From: Candidatus Latescibacterota bacterium
GTDB lineage: Bacteria; Latescibacterota; UBA2968
Length of the DNA stretch: 64,000 nt
Reading direction: 5' to 3'
Assembly: GCA_965198115.1 (NCBI GenBank)
Contig: OZ240241.1
Span: 512,001-576,000, forward strand
The translations under genes were made by a program, and so were the position numbers. Every line of letters starts with the position of its first letter. The stretch's first letter is position 1. A model generated the notes under the pieces. That model saw only the letters and a program-made list of their open reading frames with translations. It made no database searches and had not been told where the DNA came from. Shown here one piece after another: positions 19,301 through 28,407 of this stretch.

Positions 19301-19886
19301 CCGGTTCTGGCACGGGGTCGAACGGATCGACGGCGCGGATGAAGAAGATGTCACTCAGGGCGAGTTTGCCGGTCCGATACTCCGGTACGACGAATTCGAA
19401 CGTCGTTTCCGCTGATTTCCCGTTTCCGGCAGCTTCAATCACGAGATTGGCCGAGTAGTCGCCGGGTTCGAGCATGAATCGCGCAATGTCGTCGACCCGC
19501 TCGGGCAGCTCGGATCCGGCTGGATACACCACCCGTCGTTCGCCTTCGACCTTTTTGACGAGGTCTCCTTCCGCGTTGTAGAGCCGAAGTCTTGGCCAAT
19601 AGCGGGCAACGAGCAGGCTGTCGTTTTCTTCGTCGAAGACGAGGTCCTTCGTGAGAACACGAAGGGACACCTCTTCATAGGGACCCCGGTCGCCACCGAA
19701 ACTGTGGATGTCGACGACCAACCCCAGCTCGCCTTTTGGAGTAGCGGGCATTGACTTTTCATCGGCGACAGCGGTTCCGAGAATCAGAAAGACAACCGTG
19801 AGCGAGGCGAAACACGACCGCACGACCCAACCGGCTGAACGGGACGGGAAGCGTGCCTTAAGAGACATCGAATTGAAGTTTGTCAT
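16371..19886 (-). CDS. Exported GWxTD-domain protein with TPR repeats
   Basis: Signal peptide; central TPRs; FWQKRDPTPATPGNE...HYRRV...DRRGDVYIRYGEP; Ig-like N- and C-terminal regions (LSDI, YYEVYGL). Confidence 0.85.
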   Translation of the reverse strand: MTNFNSMSLKARFPSRSAGWVVRSCFASLTVVFLILGTAVADEKSMPATPKGELGLVVDIHSFGGDRGPYEEVSLRVLTKDLVFDEENDSLLVARYWPRLRLYNAEGDLVKKVEGERRVVYPAGSELPERVDDIARFMLEPGDYSANLVIEAAGNGKSAETTFEFVVPEYRTGKLALSDIFFIRAVDPFDPVPEPDLLRKNNRVLLPAPSRNVAEDEPVRWYVELYEIGQLAHTVRFHVLDRFGHVVFRHERDYPTYRDKGRFIEGVPLRHLPPDEYTLRVEASAGSQRATSERVFRLSGPDTPSNVFTDDRQAQGRRLLEHYASPEGVASYDALTPPERARFLYGHWLDRQPAFARAYVGPLTGLAHYEVSLSTIRNLGHEKTLQKRVDKTFAGRVPEADTLAVVEGREILDFIFEENKDDPYALTADALLALEVGLMSEGEIYSQRAFNIQTDLAEAYNAHGIAQIGRKDWGEAAERFQTAGELAPDWKAPVVNRELALFIQGKGNKDEELDRIVKAVLHDNTHPELLYVAGRLFERHNRLEESVAAHKRQIEVNPLHAWARFDLGRVLFKQGRIDTATTAWRDLMDSRPEFREHCIHPLLDAYLNTRETGKAQALIAEEILTLDEADRSRVEDIALVAGPDEIAEFNGLEPEDRPAFIRAFWQKRDPTPATPGNERLVEHYRRVVHAIRHYSARGKTWDRRGDVYIRYGEPAHMSTSTDRRYETDWHVVRVKDRLQSTLTPEAREEVIARAGRYRTSTRDGKIEPEARHVRGADFESIDFEMNPNRSFFVSEADNEENDTRYVRGTTDLTHRAKTRDHSIRGIPLFPVDSTTPWEYWIYTDVAGGIEVVFTSLTNEKFFDYPDISGGRRISDFNQLLWTERRSDVVVAKAARAQPDRYVPPGNELGFHFATADFRGTPDRTRLEVYLGVPLQEVMAGGGETFERGVALFDSTWTPIYRRLVPLGFAIDETDVEAGTLAIDELALQVPPGKYYLGLQINHPATHRQGGFTQELLVEEYGTTDLQMSDIELAGHVESDSTIVGKGGLRVIPLPSRTFKFGQPVVVYYEVYGLQPDEFGQTRYRVDYRITAKEGKLSGIRVLRALGRLLGIVEKSVVTISYERTGSETDEHNYLEIDPGESKEGRYELRVTVTDLNSQQTTEKDVIFLIGE

Positions 19887-20016
19887 AGCGTAGGCTCATC
19901 CAGGCTGTGGGTTGATGATTGTGCCGTCCAGAAACAGTATGAAAAAGCACTGCGGAGGCAAGTCCCTCGATATATCGGTCTCGTCTGTGGTTTCTGCCGA
20001 CGTTCGCCGTCGTGTC

Positions 20017-20390
20017 TCCTATTCTAACAACCCGACTCTTATCTGGTTTCAGCTAAATGGGTCGAAATCAGCGCAGGGGGAGCAGAGCAGCACTGCTATT
20101 AAGATAAGCGGCCACTCATCCTGGCTGTTCGCCTCTCCGCCCCTGTGCGGAGCACAGGGGCGAGCGTAACGCATTGGTTTATACAGGGCCGGTATTTAAG
20201 ACTGCCCCGAGGACCGGGCCCCGTCCACCAATAGCGGCTGCTCGTCCTCGTGCTCTGCACGAGGACGCTAGAGCCAAACAAATGGTAGGGGAGCAGAGCA
20301 GGCCACCAAAGCTCATTCAACCGATAGAGGTCGCCGTTAAAGACCCGCCGCCAAGGGCCTTTTGATCCAAGCCACGGCCACGCCTGCTCT
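20017..20390 (-). ncRNA. Putative structured ncRNA / IS110-type right-end remnant without transposase
   Basis: Two perfect 11-bp hairpins with GTGC-nnn-GCAC caps, a further stem, a 14-bp direct repeat, and terminal TTAGAATAGGA. Family assignment is by resemblance, not by search. Confidence 0.5.
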
Positions 20391-20400
20391 CTCGCCTTCT

Positions 20401-21465
20401 TTACTCGCCTTTCACTGCAATCTTGATGGCGTCCTTGCCGTCGAGACGATATCCGTTGTGCAGGGCGTTGAATCCTTCGGCAACCCGATCGATGGGGATA
20501 ATGTGGCTGACGAGGTCCTGAAGCGGGAACTCCTGCTTTCCCAGAATGGGTATGGCTCTGACGAAGTGGTCGGGTTGGCTCGCCCACACCGCTTCCATTC
20601 GCAGGTTCTTGCGCATAAACATCGTGTTCGGGTTGCATTCGAACGTGCCGACGTTGACGAAATGTCCCATCTCGACGTAGGTGCCGTCCTTGGCTAGATA
20701 GTCCAGCCCTTCGGGGATCGCGCCGAGGAAGCCCGCGCACTCAAAGACGACGTTCGCGCCCTCGCCCCGCGGCGTGTGGTCCCGGACGATCTGGGCACGC
20801 TCCTCGGGGTCGGTGACTTCGGCAATGTCGATGGTCAGGTCGGCGCCGAGTCGCTTGCCAAGCTCGAGCCGACCCGGTGGGCCGCCCACGAGGATCAGTC
20901 GACCGGCGCCGCTGACTTTAGCGCAGACGAGGGTGAGGAGGCCGATCGCGCCCGATCCCTGAACCACGACCGTGTCGCCGAACTGTAGATCCGATCGCAT
21001 CACACCGTGCACACCGATCGTGAACGGTTCGGTCATCACACCCACCTCGGCGGGCATGTCGGTTTTTATGAAGACCGTATCCGGATTCCACAGGTAGATA
21101 TACTCGCCAAACCCCCCCCGCAGGTAAGGCTTCTCCTCGGCTTGAAGAAACCCGTAAGCGCCGTTGTTCGTGTCCGGAACCAGAACGACCCGATCGCCCT
21201 CCGAGACTGCCCGACCCAGATGATCGGTCTTCACGTTGGCGCCGAGCTTGTCGATGATACCGACGTTCTCGTGTCCGAGGATGATTTCGCCGGACAGACG
21301 CTGGTGTTCCCAGTTGTGAAGGTCGGTGCCGCAGATGCCGCCTAATTCCTGCTTGAGGAGCAGCGTGTCGGGTGTGATGTCGGGAATCTCGTATTCCCTG
21401 ACTTCGAATCGCTCGCCTGACATCACCGCTGCTTTTGCTGTGACCATGTTGACCCCCTGGTACAC
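20401..21465 (-). CDS. Zinc-binding alcohol dehydrogenase family protein
   Basis: GICGTDLH, GHE, GSGAIG, VFECAG motifs. Confidence 0.9.
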   Translation of the reverse strand: MYQGVNMVTAKAAVMSGERFEVREYEIPDITPDTLLLKQELGGICGTDLHNWEHQRLSGEIILGHENVGIIDKLGANVKTDHLGRAVSEGDRVVLVPDTNNGAYGFLQAEEKPYLRGGFGEYIYLWNPDTVFIKTDMPAEVGVMTEPFTIGVHGVMRSDLQFGDTVVVQGSGAIGLLTLVCAKVSGAGRLILVGGPPGRLELGKRLGADLTIDIAEVTDPEERAQIVRDHTPRGEGANVVFECAGFLGAIPEGLDYLAKDGTYVEMGHFVNVGTFECNPNTMFMRKNLRMEAVWASQPDHFVRAIPILGKQEFPLQDLVSHIIPIDRVAEGFNALHNGYRLDGKDAIKIAVKGE

Positions 21466-21506
21466 CTACAAGACCGTGGGTGAACCGGTGAAGATGGTTT
21501 GCCTGT

Positions 21507-22493
21507 TCAGAATCTGTCGCTGGACTCGAAATACAGGATGTCTGAATCGACCATCTCTCGGATGAGTCCATCGAAGGTCGTTTCCTTCTCCCAGCCCAGG
21601 ACACGTTTGGCCTTGGATGCGTCCCCAATCAGGAGATCTACTTCCGCGGGGCGAAGGAAACGCTCGTCAACGCGTACGTAATCTTCCCAATTGAGCCCTG
21701 CTTGTGAGAATGCGAGCTCGCACAGTTCTCTGATCGAATGCGTTTCGCCCGTTGCGACTACGTAGTCGTCGGGCTCGTCCTGCTGGAGCATCGTGTGCAT
21801 GGCGCGAACGTAATCCCGAGAGTGGCCCCAGTCGCGTTTGCTATCGAGGTTCCCGATGGCGACGTGGTCAGTCATCCCGAGCTTGATTCGGGCGACGTGG
21901 GACGTGATTTTCCGGGTTACGAATTCGAATCCTCTTCGAGGCGACTCGTGGTTGAAGAGGATGCCGCTCGAGGCGTGCATGCCGTAGGCTTCGCGATAAT
22001 TCCGCGTCAAGTCATACCCTGCTACTTTGGAGATGCCGTAGGGAGATCGCGGATGGAACCGAGTCGTCTCCGTCTGTGGAACCTCCTGAACCTTTCCAAA
22101 CATTTCGCTCGAGCCCGCGAAGTAGAATCGGCATTCGGGTTGCAGATCGTGGAGAGCCGCTAGGATGTAGTGCGTGCCGTTGATGTTCGTGTTGAGCGTT
22201 GAGAAGGCATCCTGGAAGGAGGTCGCGACGAAGCTTTGCGCAGCAAGGTGGTAGCATTCATCGGGTTCGACCGTTCTGACGACTCTGTAGATGCTCGGGA
22301 AGCTTTCCATCGATGCGGGATGAAGGATGAGGTCATCTTCGATGTGCCGGATTCTGGACATGTGGTGTTGGGGTGCCTCGATCGCGACACGCCGGATGAT
22401 TCCGTGTACCTCGTAGCCCGCTTCGAGCAATAGCTCGCTCAGGTAGGATCCATCCTGACCCGTGATGCCTGTGATGAGCGCTTTTTTTGCCAT
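21507..22493 (-). CDS. gmd: GDP-mannose 4,6-dehydratase
   Basis: ALITGITGQDGSYL, PRSPYGISK, LFNHESPRRG, RDWGH. Confidence 0.96.
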   Translation of the reverse strand: MAKKALITGITGQDGSYLSELLLEAGYEVHGIIRRVAIEAPQHHMSRIRHIEDDLILHPASMESFPSIYRVVRTVEPDECYHLAAQSFVATSFQDAFSTLNTNINGTHYILAALHDLQPECRFYFAGSSEMFGKVQEVPQTETTRFHPRSPYGISKVAGYDLTRNYREAYGMHASSGILFNHESPRRGFEFVTRKITSHVARIKLGMTDHVAIGNLDSKRDWGHSRDYVRAMHTMLQQDEPDDYVVATGETHSIRELCELAFSQAGLNWEDYVRVDERFLRPAEVDLLIGDASKAKRVLGWEKETTFDGLIREMVDSDILYFESSDRF

Positions 22494-22600
22494 CGACTTC
22501 CCTCTACGAGAAACCCGCGACGATGCGTTGCGGTCGAGCGCTGGTTGACGATAGAATGCAGTCGTCGGTCCGGGTCGACGTGCTAATTATCTCTGTGTCA

Positions 22601-23964
22601 TTACCTGTCGTAAATTTGCTGCGGCCAGTCGACGATGTCGGTTTCCTGCTTGAGCAGGACGGCCTTATGGGGCGGGACGTTGTTCATCAGAACGACACCC
22701 GCGCCGACCATGGCACCGGGACCGATAATCCGACCCGGCATCATCATCGCTCCCACGCCTGTTCTGGCGTAGTCACCGAATAACACGCCACTGAATCCTC
22801 TGGCAACTTTCCGTTGCCCGTTGACCTCGACCTCGATCGGGGCATCGTCGAATCGTAACGTTCCAGTTTGGGTACCGGCACCGATTTCGGCACCAAGGCC
22901 GAAGACGCCCGACAGTTGAATCTGATGCGTGACCCGTCCGCCGCTGCACATGGTGCCGCTGAATTCGCCCAAGTACGTGATGCGGCAGTCGTCGCCGACG
23001 AACCCGTTGATTTTGGCGTAGGGTCCGATGAGGCTGTGGCTTCCGATGACACTGTGGCGTGCGATGTGGGACCCTTCGGCGATGCGCGTGTGATCGCCGA
23101 TCCAGACCCCTCGATGTAGGCATCGCGCTCGATGACCGAGTGGTCGCCGACGCTGATCGGGCCCGATATCCTCGCGTCAGGATCGACGCGTGCGGACTCA
23201 GCGATACGGGACTCGGTCAGGTCACGCCCCGCTCGTTCCGCGACGACGTCGCCGACGGTATCGGGCTGCCAGGGATAATCGATGTCGTAGACGGGCGAGG
23301 GTGACCGAACGGCCGTCAGTGGGGTGCCGGCACGATGCAGGACCGGAATCGCCGAGTAAAGCTCCCTTCCGTGCGGTGGCGGGATGCCGAACTGGGCGTG
23401 CGGGACGTCGGGCACGTTCGCGACGCGGTCCACGGCCTCATTACGTAAGATGTAGATGCCGGATGCCGCGGTTCCCGTTCGTCCTCGCGGCTTCCATACA
23501 GCGTCGGTCAATCGACCGTCGGCATCGACGCTGACGCGAACGTGTTCGGAGATATTCTCGACCTCGGCCGTGGTTGCCACGCCACCACTCGATCGATCCA
23601 GATTGGCGATGAGTGCCGGCAGCACATCGTCGTCGAACCAGACATCGCCAGGCACGACGAGTACGTCGTCCTGGCCGATGAATCCGCGAGCGCACGTGAC
23701 CGCGTCGCCCGTTCCTGAGGGTTCCGGTTGATCGATGTAAGTGACGGTGCAGCCAAAACGATCCCCGCCATCGAAGTGGGACCGAATCGATCCACCCAGA
23801 TGGCCGACGACGATGCCGACGTCGGTCACGCCCGCCTCGACGAGACGCCTCAGGACGCGCTCCACGATCGGGCGGTTGCACAACGGGAACATCGCCTTGG
23901 CGTGGTAGTGGCTGAAGGGGTAGAATCGCTCGCCTTTTCCGGCTGCGAGGATGAGGGCTTTCAT
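22601..23964 (-). pseudogene. Sugar-phosphate nucleotidyltransferase with left-handed beta-helix (archaeal-type GlmU-like); frameshift at ~23107-23110
   Basis: ALILAAGKGER...QPEPSGTGDA; hexapeptide repeats resume (VWIGDHTRIAEG) after a shift in a G4 run and join ORF 22601..22972. Possible sequencing error. Confidence 0.8.
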
Positions 23965-23970
23965 GAAGAA

Positions 23971-23998
23971 CCGTTGTCCGTTGACCGTTATCCGTGGG
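23971..23998. repeat. Degenerate 7-bp tandem repeat x4
   Basis: ccgttgt ccgttga ccgttat ccgtggg. Confidence 0.6.
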
Positions 23999-24356
23999 CA
24001 CGGATTGGAACAGAGAAGATCGACGCGGAAACCAGGAAAAGTGGCCGCTCAAGATACCGGGGCCCGTTCAACGACGCAACGATTGCTTGGGTCACAGGGT
24101 CATTAGCGGGATTGTTTGCGGGATCGTGGGTAGGTCCCGCAGCACGTGTTCGGAGCAACGAGGTGATTCCCGGCTATCCGGAATCCGGGCCCTCGTATTC
24201 GCTATCTGTTGGTGGTTGTGGATCTTGCCAGCTGCCGACGTGCGATGGTTCGGGGGACCCCCGTCGATCGAACCGAACTTCAGTGTTATGAGTTGCTTAT
24301 GCGGACCCTCTGTCCTACGTTTTTGAGTTGATCGACCGAAACTTGAGCTTATCACT

Positions 24357-26543
24357 ATGGATCTTTCCGACAATCAGACGCGGACCGGCGTTATCGTTGT
24401 GCTGGCCGTCGTGCTTTGTACGCTCGCGACCGTCATTTCGCCCACGCGGCTTGCGGTCGCCGAGCGTCTCGACCCTCTCGCACGTGCTGCGCATATGATC
24501 TCGGAGAGGGACTACGTGTGGGCGCTGAAGGTCCTTCGCGATCTGCCCAGGGAGACGGCCGACCACGGTGCGATCGATTGGTGGGAGATGGACCGAGTGC
24601 GTCTACAGATGGGGCTCTGTCACCGGGCCCTGGGGCAGTACGACGAGGCCCTTCTGGCGTTCGATGCAGGTGGCGGAGGGTTCGGACCCCTCGTGGCGTA
24701 TATCGACTACTGGAAGGCCGACTGTCTGGAGAAGGCGGGCCAATCGGATTCCGCACTCACCTTGTTCGACCGCGCTGCGGCGACCAGCCGGGGCTGGTTG
24801 AGGGACGCTTCGATTCTGAGGTTGGCACAGAGCTACGATCGAGGCGAGGAAACGGTGATGGCGGCGGAGGTTTACGGACGGCTCATCGGGGACAGTCTCG
24901 AAGAACGACCCGCGCTGACGGGTCTGGCGAGGGCTCTGGATACGCGAGGGGACTCTGTCGCCGCCCGAAAGATTCGGTTGCAGTTGATCGAGGACTATGG
25001 TTGGTCCAGGCAGGCCCTCGATGCGCTGCGTGCTGTCAAGATCTTCTCGACCGATCGGGAGCGCTTCCACGCTGGAGTCGCGTACGCAATGCACGGGAAG
25101 TATCGGACGGCCACCCGGCTTCTTCGGCGCGTCATCGAATCGTCGGATGATCCGATCTGGCAGGGACGTGCTCAGTACGAGCTGGCAAAGGTCTACTACC
25201 AGAAGCGCGACTACCGGACGGCCAACCGTGCGTTCAAGGTTGCCTACCAGACGTATCGGGTACCGAAGGGTCTGCTCGAAGGAGCTCGCACGCTTGTTCG
25301 ACTCGGGAAAGATTTGGATGCCGCCCGCCAGTTCGAGGTGTTCGCGAACCAGTTTCCGTTGATCTCGGGCGCCGCCGAGGGTCTCTGGCAGGCTGCGATG
25401 GCGTATGAACGGCAACGCCATTTCAAGACCGCTCGGCGTGTGTTCGGCGAACTCGCAAATCGGTACCCGAAGAGCGACTACGCCGGACAGGCCCTCTGGC
25501 GCGCGGGGTTCATTCGATTCAAGAGGAAAGACTTCGAAGGGTCTGCTCGTGATTTTCTCAGACTTGCTCAGAGGACGGACGAAAATTACCTGATAGATCA
25601 AGGCCACTATTGGGCGGGCAAGTGTTACGCAGAACTGGGTCGCGAGGAAGAGGCCACTTACTGGATGGAGCGAGCGTCGGAGGGGTTCCCCTCCTCCTAC
25701 TATTCCAGTCGGGCGAGGGCGGTTCTCGGGTTGATGTCACCGGTCTACCCGCCGGCGCCGGACGTGGAGCGCAAGGCTATCGCCTACGAGCCGTCGCCGG
25801 AAATGGTGCGCGGGGATCTGCTCGCTTCTCTCGGTCTATACAGGGAGGCCGAGCGGGAGTATCGGCAGGCCGAGCCCGACTACGTGACGAATCGGTATGC
25901 CTTGAATGATCTGTTGCACCGGTATGAACGGATTGGTTCGATGGATCGAGCCTTGCGGGTTTCGAACCACCTGCTCAACGCAGAGCGTTCTTCCGGACTG
26001 CCGGTGACGATGGCGGCGTTTCGACGTCTCTTCCCCACCTACTACTGGGGCGTTGTCCACCGCACGGCCGACGAGGTCAATGTCGACCCGAACCTGATTC
26101 TGGCGATCATGCGACAGGAGAGCGCGTTCAACGAGAGGGCGCGGTCCTCGGCTGGCGCGCGTGGGCTGATGCAGGTTATGCCGGCGACGGGGCGGAAGAT
26201 GGCGAGGAAGCTCCGGGACAGAGATTTCACGGTCGAGGATCTCTGGAAGCCGAACACGTCGATACGGCTCGGGGGCGAACATCTTTCCGACCATCTGCGG
26301 TTCTTCCGCGAGCAGAAAGACGAACGGAAACTCGGGCTGGCGCTGTCGGCCTACAACGCGGGTCTCGGCCGGGCCAGACGGTGGGATAAACGACTACCCA
26401 GCGACGACGTCGACGCCTTCGTCGAGAGCATTCCATTCAAAGAGACGCGCAACTACGTGAAGCTCGTGTATCGGAACTATCAGGTCTACACCTACCTTCA
26501 GAGCGAAACCGACGGTCTGCTATCAACGCCGGCGGTCAACTGA
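24357..26543 (+). CDS. slt: Soluble lytic transglycosylase (Slt70-like, TPR + SLT domain)
   Basis: IMRQESAF, GARGLMQVMPAT, AYNAG, IPFKETRNYVK. Confidence 0.9.
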   Translation: MDLSDNQTRTGVIVVLAVVLCTLATVISPTRLAVAERLDPLARAAHMISERDYVWALKVLRDLPRETADHGAIDWWEMDRVRLQMGLCHRALGQYDEALLAFDAGGGGFGPLVAYIDYWKADCLEKAGQSDSALTLFDRAAATSRGWLRDASILRLAQSYDRGEETVMAAEVYGRLIGDSLEERPALTGLARALDTRGDSVAARKIRLQLIEDYGWSRQALDALRAVKIFSTDRERFHAGVAYAMHGKYRTATRLLRRVIESSDDPIWQGRAQYELAKVYYQKRDYRTANRAFKVAYQTYRVPKGLLEGARTLVRLGKDLDAARQFEVFANQFPLISGAAEGLWQAAMAYERQRHFKTARRVFGELANRYPKSDYAGQALWRAGFIRFKRKDFEGSARDFLRLAQRTDENYLIDQGHYWAGKCYAELGREEEATYWMERASEGFPSSYYSSRARAVLGLMSPVYPPAPDVERKAIAYEPSPEMVRGDLLASLGLYREAEREYRQAEPDYVTNRYALNDLLHRYERIGSMDRALRVSNHLLNAERSSGLPVTMAAFRRLFPTYYWGVVHRTADEVNVDPNLILAIMRQESAFNERARSSAGARGLMQVMPATGRKMARKLRDRDFTVEDLWKPNTSIRLGGEHLSDHLRFFREQKDERKLGLALSAYNAGLGRARRWDKRLPSDDVDAFVESIPFKETRNYVKLVYRNYQVYTYLQSETDGLLSTPAVN

Positions 26544-26552
26544 GAAAAGCCC

Positions 26553-26750
26553 GTGCCCGAGAGAGAAAGTCGTCCGATCTGGATCGCGCTAGAAGATGGC
26601 TTCATCCTGCTGTCGGTCCTTGCGCTCTGGCCGCGCATCCTTGGCTGGCAGGGCGTGGTGTGGGAGACGATTCAGTATGTGGCGGTCGCCGGACTCATCT
26701 GGATCCTAGTGCGCCGAGTGGGGAGGTATAAACAGAAGCGGGGGGAGTGA
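26553..26750 (+). CDS. Small two-TM membrane protein
   Basis: 65 aa, two hydrophobic helices, directly after slt and before a terminator. Confidence 0.65.
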   Translation: MPERESRPIWIALEDGFILLSVLALWPRILGWQGVVWETIQYVAVAGLIWILVRRVGRYKQKRGE

Positions 26751-26763
26751 GTGGGATGCGCGA

Positions 26764-26788
26764 GGCCCCGGCTGTTGCCGGGGTTTTT
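26764..26788 (+). terminator. Intrinsic terminator
   Basis: gccccggc-tgtt-gccggggt followed by Ts. Confidence 0.7.
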
Positions 26789-26935
26789 GTGTACGGCATT
26801 GCGGTGGACGGTTGACCCTTCTCCGCGTTCGTCGCCTCGGGTCGGGCGGGCGGTGGATGATGGGGAAGGTGGGCGGTCGGCGGTCGGCCGTGGGCAGGGA
26901 CGACGGGCTTCGCCCGTGATTGGTTGGATATATTG

Positions 26936-26961
26936 AAAAAGTGGCCCCGGGGCCACTTTTT
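26936..26961. terminator. Perfect 26-bp palindrome; probable bidirectional terminator
   Basis: AAAAAGTGGCCCCGGGGCCACTTTTT between convergent genes. Confidence 0.7.
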
Positions 26962-27058
26962 GGCTATTCGAACGTAAAGTGTTTATAAATAATACTTAAG
27001 GGCGTACAGTCTGTGTCGAGTTGGACCATCGTTAGCCGACTGCCCATAGCCGACCTGA

Positions 27059-27658
27059 CTATGCCTGGAGCGCCTCCAGAATCATTGGCCTGGCTTTGGC
27101 GAGAGCCTGGCCTCGATGGCTCAGCTGGTTTTTCTGTTCGGTTGGGAGTTCGGCGGAGGTGACGTCGCGACCGGGGATGTAGAACAAAGGGTCGTAGCCG
27201 AACCCGTGGTCGCCACGTGGGGCGTGGAGGATGCGGCCCTCCCACTTCGCGGTGACGGTGCATTCGTCGCCACCCGGGGAGACGAGGGCGAGCACACAGC
27301 GGAAGCGGGCGGTACGGGCATCGTCCTCGACATCCTTCAGGAGGTCGAGGAGTTTGGCGTTGTTTGCGGCGTCGGTGGCGGTGGGCCCTGCGAACCGCGC
27401 GGAGTGGATGCCGGGCGCTCCATCGAGTGCATCGACTTCGAGCCCGGAGTCGTCACCGAGCGTGATCTCGCCGGTGTGGTCGGCGATCGCTCGGGCTTTC
27501 TTGAGGGCGTTCGTCTCAAAGGTGTCGCCGTCTTCCACGACCTCCGGCGCGTCGGCATAGACGTCGAGCGACCACACCTCGACCTCGGATCCGAGCAGGG
27601 CCCGGATCTCCTTCAACTTTCCTGGATTGCGTGTGGCAACGACGAGCGGGCGAGACAT
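27059..27658 (-). CDS. rdgB: dITP/XTP pyrophosphatase
   Basis: ATRNPGKLKE, DDSGLEVDAL, GFGYDPLF, SHRG. Confidence 0.95.
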   Translation of the reverse strand: MSRPLVVATRNPGKLKEIRALLGSEVEVWSLDVYADAPEVVEDGDTFETNALKKARAIADHTGEITLGDDSGLEVDALDGAPGIHSARFAGPTATDAANNAKLLDLLKDVEDDARTARFRCVLALVSPGGDECTVTAKWEGRILHAPRGDHGFGYDPLFYIPGRDVTSAELPTEQKNQLSHRGQALAKARPMILEALQA

Positions 27659-28380
27659 TACGTCTGAGGAGGGGCCGCTTCGACCTGGGCGGTCGTGATT
27701 TCGTCGATGCCCTTCTTCGCGAGGGCCAGCATGTCGTTCATCTGATCGGAGGTGAAAGGGTGCCCTTCCGCCGTCCCTTGAACTTCGACGAATTTACCCG
27801 AACCGGTCATGACGATGTTCATGTCGACCTCGGCCGTCGAGTCTTCTGCATAGCACAGATCGAGGTACGGTGTGCCGTCGACGATGCCCACGCTGATGGC
27901 GGCGATGGCGTCGAGCGTCGGATCGTCTTTGATGCTTCCCTTCTCTTTCAGCGTGGCGATGGCGTGTAACACCGCGACGTAGGCACCCGATATGGAGGCC
28001 GTCCGCGTGCCTCCGTCGGCGCTGATGACGTCACAGTCGATCCAGAATGTCCGTTCGCCCAGTTTTTTGAGGTCGAAGACACCGCGCAGGGCACGGCCGA
28101 TCAGTCGCTGAATCTCTTGGGTACGGCCCCGTGCTCCACGCGTCTCGCGCTGGGTCCGGGTGTGCGTGGACCGGGGCAGCATGGCATACTCGGCCGTGAT
28201 CCACCCCTGCTTCTTTCCGTGGAGAAAGGGCGGTACGCGTTCTTCGACGCTGGCCGTGCAGATGACGTGCGTATCCCCCATCTCGATCAGGGCCGAACCC
28301 TCGGCGTGTTTCATGTAACCTGTTGTGATCGTCAGGGGGCGGAGCTCGTCGGGTTTCCGCCCGTCGGCCCGTTCAGTCAT
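27658..28380 (-). CDS. rph: Ribonuclease PH
   Basis: [37 protein letters not shown]. Confidence 0.97.
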   Translation of the reverse strand: MTERADGRKPDELRPLTITTGYMKHAEGSALIEMGDTHVICTASVEERVPPFLHGKKQGWITAEYAMLPRSTHTRTQRETRGARGRTQEIQRLIGRALRGVFDLKKLGERTFWIDCDVISADGGTRTASISGAYVAVLHAIATLKEKGSIKDDPTLDAIAAISVGIVDGTPYLDLCYAEDSTAEVDMNIVMTGSGKFVEVQGTAEGHPFTSDQMNDMLALAKKGIDEITTAQVEAAPPQT

Positions 28381-28407
28381 GACATCGCTCCAGGATCGCG
28401 TCTTCCT

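Noticed and set aside
20017-20390. Group II intron, RNase P RNA or tmRNA identity for the structured segment
   Set aside because: No domain V or GUGCG start, no RNase P conserved regions, and no tRNA-like ends or tag peptide recognised.
20099-20740. 213-aa minus-strand ORF crossing the structured segment
   Set aside because: Out-of-frame overlap with the ADH gene, Arg-rich, no motifs.
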